From Trypanosoma brucei (taxonomy: Eukaryota): a stretch of 64,000 nucleotides of DNA. Every line of letters starts with the position of its first letter. Within the stretch, counting starts at the first letter, position 1. Of this stretch, positions 56,498 to 64,000 are shown one piece after another. A model generated the notes under the pieces. The model did not search any database, was not told the DNA's origin, and was given only the letters and a program-made list of their open reading frames with translations. The DNA is taken from the NCBI GenBank assembly GCA_000002445.1, contig CM000208.1, forward strand, positions 2,976,001-3,040,000, in the 5' to 3' direction. Position numbers and translations under genes: made by a program.

Positions 56498-57358
56498 TTA
56501 TAACCCGTAAGGATTATGTCGGTAGAAACGTGGGCGCCGAGGAGCACTGCCATCAGAAATGGTGTTCATGTCAGATGTAGTGCAATCATCATGTTGATGG
56601 CCACTTCCAGAAAGTCCGAGATGCCCGTTATCGCGACCTGAAGTGGGACTCGTCACATCGCTACTGCCGACGGAAGGAACTCTTTTGTGCACAACCATCG
56701 CGAAACCAAGTGGCGTCCCATCGGGAAATGAACCGGGAGAACTGTCGAGAGGGCTCCCAGCTGATAATTTTTCTCCGGATTTATTACCACTGGCGTGATG
56801 GCGCCGATGAGAGCGGCAAAGAATACGATTGGAGCTGAGATCCACTTCAGGGTCGACGGCAACAGCATGAACAAAGTTGCAGGACGCGCCACGATGACAT
56901 ACGCCATTAAAATAGTAATGTGCGCAATGAGAAAGTGGTCTTCCCTCCGCAGAGGGCTGTGGAATAACTGCTTGTGTAACAAGAACGAGTCCGCTAGCAA
57001 TCCTCTCAATTGGTTTTTTATTATTGGGAAGCAGAACCTCAAGCACATCACCCGATTGACAGCGTTCGTATGTACATTCACTCTCATGGCGCCATATGTA
57101 ATTCACATGAATGGGATGCGCCTTCAGCGTGCTGTAATCAACATTGGCGTGTAGAAACCTGCAATCGCTACCCGCAAGACATGAGTTCGGGTCGTAAGGT
57201 TTATAATGAGTACAAATCATTGTGTACGGGTTGCTTGGATGCACATGTGGCATGTGGACCACTGAATGAGAAGGTATCTCGTACATGTACCTGAACTCTA
57301 TATCAAATACCTCCACAGTGGTTTTACGGTTTTTTGCCATAGATTTCTTTGAGGGCAT
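56498..57358 (-). CDS. CCCH zinc-finger protein, paralogue C (286 aa).
   Basis: Finger 1 CTHYKPYDPNSCLAGSDCRFLHA, core HPIHVNYIWRHESECTYERCQSGDVLEV, finger 2 CAHYYFNGVCHRGASCNFVHA. The coding region is ~98% identical at nucleotide level to paralogue D, apart from one ~150-bp patch. Confidence 0.65.
   Translation of the reverse strand: MPSKKSMAKNRKTTVEVFDIEFRYMYEIPSHSVVHMPHVHPSNPYTMICTHYKPYDPNSCLAGSDCRFLHANVDYSTLKAHPIHVNYIWRHESECTYERCQSGDVLEVLLPNNKKPIERIASGLVLVTQAVIPQPSAEGRPLSHCAHYYFNGVCHRGASCNFVHAVAVDPEVDLSSNRILCRSHRRHHASGNKSGEKLSAGSPLDSSPGSFPDGTPLGFAMVVHKRVPSVGSSDVTSPTSGRDNGHLGLSGSGHQHDDCTTSDMNTISDGSAPRRPRFYRHNPYGL
56508..57308. repeat. Duplicated block, copy 1: ~800 bp near-identical to 61541-62341. 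It matches almost exactly the coding region of CCCH paralogue C.
   Basis: Long runs of exact identity read directly, e.g. taaggattatgtcggtagaaacgtgggcgccgaggagcactgccatcagaaatggtgttcatgtcagatgtagtgcaatcatcatgttgatggccacttccagaaagtcc in both copies. Identity ends at the stop codon on one side and near the start codon on the other. Confidence 0.85.
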
Positions 57359-60300
57359 TATGTCTTTGCTTCAATAGTTGCTTTCTTTTTTTCCCCCCTT
57401 TTTGTGCTTCTTGCTGTTGCTTTGTTGGTGTTTTCTTATGCTTTTTTTCTATTGTGTTTGCCATGTGTCCATTTTTTTTTTTTTAGTTTATGGTGAGGAA
57501 TGACAAAGAATAAGAAAATTAACGGAGGATAAATTTGATCAAATAAGAAGTTTTCGCATGTATACAGACAAATCAGTTGATTGGTACGAATGTTAATACA
57601 AGAAGATATTACGCTCACCCTGAACCACAAGGAAGTACATATTACAAAACTAAGAAAACAGCAACAGCAACATTATTTAAATTGGAAAGAGAAAAGAGTC
57701 ACAACACCAAAAAAACGAAATAATTATTTTCTCATGCTTTACCGTCAGCACTTACTGAACACATCACCACACAATGGGAAATTGCGAAGATGTTGTGTTC
57801 AAGAAGTGGGAATGACAGCACTAGATGAAGAAATAAGTGATTACAACGTCTGACTTCATCATCCCTTCTTCTTTCCCGCGCAAATTTATGACAAGTAGAG
57901 GAGATTATTAAGAAAAGAGGAAAAAAAAACAATAAAAAACAATAAAAGAACAAAGAAACGAAAAAAAAAGAGGAGGATGAACACATACGCGCACGTTCTT
58001 TTTCCCCACCCGTGACCCCGAGAGTCACGCTTTCGCTTAATCATCCCACACCCCATATTTTCTTTCCCTTTATTTCCTTCAGTTACCTTCGTCTTTTTCT
58101 TTCTTCCCCTCATCTCTCTCTCTCTCTCTTATTTTCTTTTTTTTTTGTTTTTTGTTTGTAAGTTAAATTGTAGAGGAGTGTGCGTATGCATTAAATCCAT
58201 ACCTTTCTTCACTATTTTTTTAAAATTTCTTTTACCTCTCCTCCTATTTTTTATTCTCTCTTTACCTTTTGTTAACAAAACAAAACAAAGAAAAAATTAC
58301 ATAATTTCTCCCTTCTCCTCTTCCTCTTCCTCCTTTTTTTTCTCTCTCGTTCTTTCTATTTACTCTGTTTCCTTTAATATTTTCACAAAAAAAAACGGTA
58401 AGACGGCATTAACGACACCGGTAGAAACATTTGGAAGAAGCAGAGGAGGAAAAAAAAAAGAAAGAAAGCAATTAGAAGGGAGAGTTAAAAAAGGTACATC
58501 CCCAAAATAAGACATTAACAAAACAAAACAAAGGAAAAAAAAGAAAAAAGAAGACAAACACGAACACAAAAACACACACACACACAAAAAAAAGAAACAA
58601 TGATCGGCACAGTTTGTTATTATTTACTACTGCTGCTGCTCATTTTTTTTTAATTTGTTTATTTGGATTTTTCTTTTATTCTCTCATCGCTGTTTGAGGT
58701 ATTTGGAACGATTATTCATATCATATTCATCTTCCCTCGCGTGTTGTCTTCGTTTTACATCCACTCGACTCTCCCTCATTCTATCTTCCCTTCCCCTCCA
58801 ATTGCGTCAAATCAATAAAAAAAAGAAAAGAAAAAAAAAGACAAAGACAAAGAAAAATGCGACTAAACCCTTCGCACCTCTTTTATCTTTATCCTTGCTT
58901 TTTTTTTTAAAAAAAAGAGAAATTTACAAAAATAATAACAATAATGATTTTAAAAAAGTTTCATTATTATTTTTATTATTGTGGTCATATATATATTTCT
59001 TTTCTTTTCTTTTCTTCTTTTCTTTTCTTTGTTAAAATTTGAAACATTTGTCTCTTCCTTTACACTCTTTCTTTCTTTCTTTCACCCTTTCTCTCTCTCT
59101 TTTCTTTCCCCCTTCACATACACTTAAACTTGAACTTTTCATTCCTTCACACCTTCATACAACATACACATATGTGCGGTGACTCGCATTTTAGTTCCAT
59201 CGCCACATTATTTTACTCCGCAAGCACTTCAATATAATATATATATATATATATATATTTATTTATTTATTTAAAAATAGAAGAAAATTGAGAAACAAAC
59301 GAAAAGAGGTTGAGGAATAGTAATGGCGGAGGTGATGAGGCAAACGTGTTGCTCCCAACTAATACAGCTGCGGGTCCGACGGCAACTTCTGTTTTTTTCT
59401 TTTCTTTCCTTTTCTTTTCTTTTCTCTTCTTTTCTTTCCTTTTCCTTCATCTTTTTTATTCTTTACTTTACCTTACTCTTCTCTTCACTTTTATTTATTT
59501 ATTATATATTTGTTTGTTTCTTCATTCTTTTTTTCTTCGTTTTTAAATCCCACCGCTGCGAAGTGATGGTCCATTTTTCTTTTCCTTTGTTTTTCGAAAT
59601 TGCAGGACAGAGGAGTAAAATGCAAGAGCGTGTAAAAAGAAGTTGTTGAAGGAAGATACGAAAGAAAAAAAAAGGAGGAGGGGGGGGGGTGAAATAACAC
59701 ACCGGAGAAGGGAAAGAGACAAATAAAAAGAGAAAAAAGAAAGGAAGAAAGAAAAAAAAATACATATATTGACTGAGCGAATAACTGAGTAGTTCTTCTT
59801 TCTTTTTTTTTCCTTCTTCTCTTTTTCTTCCTTTTCTGTTAGGGTTTCTCAGCATTCTGACATTATTTATTATTTTTTTTGTTGTTGTTTCCCCTGCCAT
59901 AAAGGAGAGGAACATGGAGTGGAAGGAAGTTTGGAGATAAATAGGGAAAACATGATTGAGTGAAGTGGATTGGGAAGTCATGGCGTAACCCGTTCCATTC
60001 ATTACGTTGCATATATATATATATATTATTTTGCATTTGTTTGTTTGTGTTCATTGTGTTGTTGTTGTTGTTGTTTTTATCTTCTAGAGGGTAGTTATGA
60101 CGACAACAGAGGCTCAGCAAGCAAAATAGTAGTAATAGACAATAATAATAATAATAACAATAGCAATAGTAATAATAATAATAAGCACTAAAATTAAAAT
60201 TTTCTCTTCTTTATATTTTAAAAACAGAGCAATACCACCTTTCCATATCCGACATTTTACTCTTGCCTCCTTCTTAAGATTTTCACTCGTGTTATTATAT

Positions 60301-61428
60301 CAACCTTAGACAAAATTGCCATGAACGGACGAACCCCTCTCATTAGTAATATTATTATCAACGCTATTATTTCTTTTTTTTTTCCCTCCCTTTTAAGTTG
60401 ACACTCCCTTCTCCATTCTCTCATTACATTGGATCTCTTATTTTTCTTTGCTTTTTTCTTTTTTAAAAAAACATTCTCATTTATCTATCTGTTTGTTGTT
60501 CCTTCACTAACCACTATATTTATATTTATTTATAACAGAGGTTACCGCAGAAATTCTTAAGGAAAAGCAAATCAAAATATATTTTGTTGTGGCTCTCCTT
60601 CGATTTCTCTCGCTCTTTTTTCTTTTCTTTTCTTTTATTTATTTTTTCTCCCACACCACACCACGTGTTGTGGTATGCGGAAACGGAGCAGCGGGACGCG
60701 AAAGTGTGGAGAAATAATAAACAAAATCGGGCGTGCCACATGCAAAACAAAAAAAAAGAAAAAAAAAGAAAAGAAGCGGATCTACAGAACACAGGTACGC
60801 TCCAGCAAATACCTGTAAGGCATATTAAGCAGCAATACAAATAAACAAGAAAAAAGAAAAGGAAGAAGAAAAAGAAAAAGAAAAATGACATTTGCAAGGA
60901 GGGTAGGCGGGGGAAACGATCGTTAAAGTAAAAAAATTCACACACATTTTCATTTCTTTGTTTGTTTTTCTTTTTCTTTTGTATGAACCACAATCATGCA
61001 GCATCGTTTCTGGACGTTTGGCTGCCTTCTCTTTCCTTCTATTTTTCCGTTTCTTCATCTCTTTGGTTCCTTAACAAAAAAAAAAAAAGAGTCGTATCCG
61101 TCACGACCGTTCACGTTAATAAAAGATATGTTGTGAATTTAAACTATTTTCGATCGACCCCGCAGTAAAACAAAACGCAAAAAAAAAAAATTCAACAACA
61201 AGAGCAAACGAACGAAAATTAAAACGGCAACGGCAAAAAAAAACGCGCCTTTTTTTACGGTATGAAGGGAAAGGAAGATTGAGGAAAAGAAAACACGCAT
61301 AGTATCACTTCGCCCACAATCAAAATGGACGCACCCAAAAAGGGCCGCAGGGATCAGACAAAAAGTTAAAGTAAAAAAAAAGAAAAAGAAAGAAAAAAGA
61401 AAGGTGGACAAACGGGGGAGGGGAAACA

Positions 61429-61461
<33 letters not shown>

Positions 61462-61527
61462 ATTACAAACAAGTCCACAAGACGAGTGCAGCAGAGTAGA
61501 CTAAATGAGAGAAGGGATTCCCCACAT

Positions 61528-62436
61528 TTACAGCTGCTGGTAAGGATTATGTCGGTAGAAACGTGGGCGCCGAGGAGCACTGCCATCAGAAATGGTGTTC
61601 ATGTCAGATGTAGTGCAATCATCATGTTGATGGCCACTTCCAGAAAGTCCATATTGCATACTTCCAACTGCAGAGGCGGAAAATGATGAGCCGCTGTAAA
61701 CTGTAGAAGGGGCTCGCTTACAAACCATTGTTGCAATGCTGGCGGGTACTCCTGCAGCACACGGGTTCGGAGAACTGTCGAGAGGGCTCCCACACGCCGT
61801 CTTCACAGCGGATTTATTACCACTGGCGTGATGGCGCCGATGAGAGCGGCAAAGAACACGTTTGGAGCTGAGATCCACTTCAGGGTCGACGGCAACAGCA
61901 TGAACAAAGTTGCAGGACGCGCCACGATGACATACGCCATTAAAATAGTAATGTGCGCAATGAGAAAGTGGCTTTGCCCTCGGTCTCCGGCGAGGAATAA
62001 CTGCTTGTGTAACAAGAACGAGTCCGCTAGCAATCCTCTCAATTGGTTTTTTATTATTGGGAAGCAGAACCTCAAGCACATCACCCGATTGACAGCGTTC
62101 GTACATACAGCACTGCTCGTGGCGCCATATGTAATTCACATGAATGGGATGCGCCTTCAGCGTGCTGTAATCAACATTGGCGTGTAGAAACCTGCAATCG
62201 CTACCCGCAAGACATGAGTTCGGGTCGTAAGGTTTATAATGAGTACAAATCATTGTGTACGGGTTGCTTGGATGCACATGTGGCATGTGGACCACTGAAT
62301 GAGAAGGTATCTCGTACATGTACCTGAACTCTATATCAAACGCACTGGTCACATCAGTTGCTGTGGTCATCTTGACTTTGTTTGGTTCTTCTTGATATTC
62401 TTCTCTTTCTTGATGAACTATTCGGTGCTGTGCCAA
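61528..62436 (-). CDS. CCCH zinc-finger protein, paralogue D (302 aa as ORF). The start may be the internal Met, MTTATDV.
   Basis: Same two-finger architecture as C. Identical C-terminus ...GLSGSGHQHDDCTTSDMNTISDGSAPRRPRFYRHNPY. The nucleotide block 61541-62341 matches 56508-57308. Confidence 0.65.
   Translation of the reverse strand: MAQHRIVHQEREEYQEEPNKVKMTTATDVTSAFDIEFRYMYEIPSHSVVHMPHVHPSNPYTMICTHYKPYDPNSCLAGSDCRFLHANVDYSTLKAHPIHVNYIWRHEQCCMYERCQSGDVLEVLLPNNKKPIERIASGLVLVTQAVIPRRRPRAKPLSHCAHYYFNGVCHRGASCNFVHAVAVDPEVDLSSKRVLCRSHRRHHASGNKSAVKTACGSPLDSSPNPCAAGVPASIATMVCKRAPSTVYSGSSFSASAVGSMQYGLSGSGHQHDDCTTSDMNTISDGSAPRRPRFYRHNPYQQL
61541..62341. repeat. Duplicated block, copy 2 (CCCH paralogue D coding region).
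   Basis: See copy 1. Flanking UTR and intergenic sequence on both sides is unrelated between the two loci. Confidence 0.85.
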
Positions 62437-63426
62437 CTAAAAAACTGTCTAGAGGAGAACAATATACCAAATATTGCATCAGGAAGGCGGAAGGTAAGTG
62501 ACCACAGAATTCCAGTATGACTTGTATGACAGCATCATATCGCTATTAAGGGGAGGGGGGATGAGATAACTTAAATGGCCTGTACATGAAAGGAGTGAAT
62601 CGGCACAGGGTGAATAGGAATCGTTTATTCGGGCATTGCGATCAAAAAAAAAAAAAGAGAGAACGAAAGGAAAAAAAAATGGGGCGATACGTAAATCAAC
62701 CACCACAATTGAGAATGTTTTCCGCTGATGTCACCCGATCTACCATTTTTTTTTTTACCCCTACTCCTACCTCGCCTCCTCCTCCGCCTTCGATATATAT
62801 AGAGAGAAATTTCCCCTCTTTTCTTCACAGACCTTTTTTTTTTAATTATTACTCCTATATCCACAAAACATGCCACTAGCGCCAACACCATCGCGCAATA
62901 CACCCCCATGTTCCCCCTTCACGTTTCCAAGTCCTGGCATTTTTTTTTTTTTGCACCTCAACTCACTTCTCCCCCTTGAGGTAATCTGGTTGAAGGCAAC
63001 AAGTACAGCATGAGTCAACGAAAGAAATGAAACTTCGTGTGAGGAGGAGGAGGAGGAGAATCAAAACCAAAATCAGGACGTTTTCTAATTTTCTTCCCGA
63101 GCGGAAACGAATGATTGCAATGTTAAAGGAAAGGGAGAAATACCCCCAGAGGAGACACCACCCACCCAAACTAAAACACTTTGGCATTTCCCCCTCCTCA
63201 TCTTACACTAATAAAAGTAATGCTTTCACCACCTGTACCGAAACACACAAACATCTAGCAATCGACCACTACTCCCTTTAAACTTCCCCAAAGGACATGC
63301 GACACACGGGATGGACTGCGCTTTTTTTTTTTTTTTAAAATGCTCTTTACAGAGCCCCCGAGTATACAAGGAAAGTAAGGGAGTGTAGAAGGAGGGGGAA
63401 AAAAGAAAAGAAAAGAATCAGTTCAA

Positions 63427-64000
63427 CTACGACCCCTCCATAACAGTTGATCGACTACTCGCATTGTCCCTTCGAGATAACTCCACTTCAGTAGCATCAC
63501 GAATGCGGGCAATTAGCAGACTTGTTGATATCCCTTCCGTACGTGGTGCTGTCCGAAGAATACCCATTCTGCGTGGCACTGCATAATACGTGTCATCAGG
63601 GCGGTTGTATTCATCACCACACACCACCACGTGAATATTGTAGCGTTTGATCATTTCTTCAGTGACGCCGGTAACAGGGCTGTTCCGAATAACCTGTGAA
63701 ACAAACTTACACATCTTTACTTCATTCACCCTTTCATCGACTGTCATGATTGGCCGTCGTTTGTACGCTTCGCATTCATCATCTCCACAAACACCAACAA
63801 TGAGGCGATTGCCGTAGAGAAGAGCATTCTGCAGGAAGTTCTTATGTCCCGCATGACACAAGTCAAAAACACCATCACAGAACACATTTCTCACAGGCGC
63901 GAAAAGGGGAATACGCGCGGAATATGACAGATCCGCCATCATCCCAATAACGTACAGGATCGATGCGCCTATGGAAAGAATATCGTTAAATACGGATCCC
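63427..64000 (-). CDS. Choline-phosphate cytidylyltransferase (CTP:phosphocholine cytidylyltransferase), partial. The N-terminus runs off the window edge, because the in-frame reading continues with no stop upstream of the first Met. The C-terminus at 63427 is complete.
   Basis: HxGH CTP-binding motif in VFCDGVFDLCHAGHKNFLQNA. CCT signature RTEGISTSLLIARI (compare recalled mammalian RTEGISTSDIITRI). By hand translation the frame stays open upstream (...GSVFNDILSIGASILYVIGMMADLSY) to position 64000. Confidence 0.75.
   Translation of the reverse strand, partial: GSVFNDILSIGASILYVIGMMADLSYSARIPLFAPVRNVFCDGVFDLCHAGHKNFLQNALLYGNRLIVGVCGDDECEAYKRRPIMTVDERVNEVKMCKFVSQVIRNSPVTGVTEEMIKRYNIHVVVCGDEYNRPDDTYYAVPRRMGILRTAPRTEGISTSLLIARIRDATEVELSRRDNASSRSTVMEGS

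Noticed and set aside
1-64000. Possibility of a prokaryotic defence island, CRISPR array or mobile element, as hinted by the task framing.
   Set aside because: The sequence is eukaryotic and kinetoplastid-like: a unidirectional gene array, poly-pyrimidine and microsatellite intergenic DNA, eukaryotic-only proteins (eL34, HSP110, PUF, HEN1), and no direct-repeat/spacer periodicity or transposase or integrase ORFs. The only near-exact repeat pair is the C/D coding region conversion tract.

Overview
Trypanosomatid nuclear DNA, most consistent with an African trypanosome (Trypanosoma brucei group). This is not a prokaryotic or defence-system locus. All 18 supported protein-coding genes lie on the minus strand, so the window is one unidirectional polycistronic unit with no strand switch. 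The intergenic regions are extreme low-complexity DNA: homopolymers, (TA)n and (CA)n runs, and poly-purine tracts on the plus strand upstream of genes, which are the poly-pyrimidine trans-splicing signals of minus-strand genes. A HEN1 small-RNA 2'-O-methyltransferase homologue implies an RNAi-competent species. The other recognised genes are a WD40 protein with five 138-bp in-frame tandem repeats, a Cid1-like nucleotidyltransferase, an N-myristoylated EF-hand protein, a J-domain protein, an 8-repeat Pumilio protein, ribosomal protein eL34, pyruvate dehydrogenase E1-alpha, HSP110, a 902-aa coiled-coil protein, a C-terminally short choline-phosphate cytidylyltransferase (N-terminus truncated at the window edge), and four tandem paralogous double-CCCH zinc-finger genes. 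Two of those paralogues share an ~800-bp near-identical tract that matches the coding region almost exactly, which reads as gene conversion. About half the window is non-coding. The 7.6 kb 3' of the PUF gene and the 2.6-4.4 kb spacers in the CCCH array are much longer than typical trypanosome intergenic regions, suggesting very long 3'UTRs and/or unannotated ncRNAs. No tRNA, rRNA, CRISPR or transposon could be supported from the sequence. The gene arrangement resembles what I recall of T. brucei chromosome 10 (PUF2 / PDH E1-alpha / HSP110 / ZC3H36-38 / CCT), but I cannot verify that without a search.
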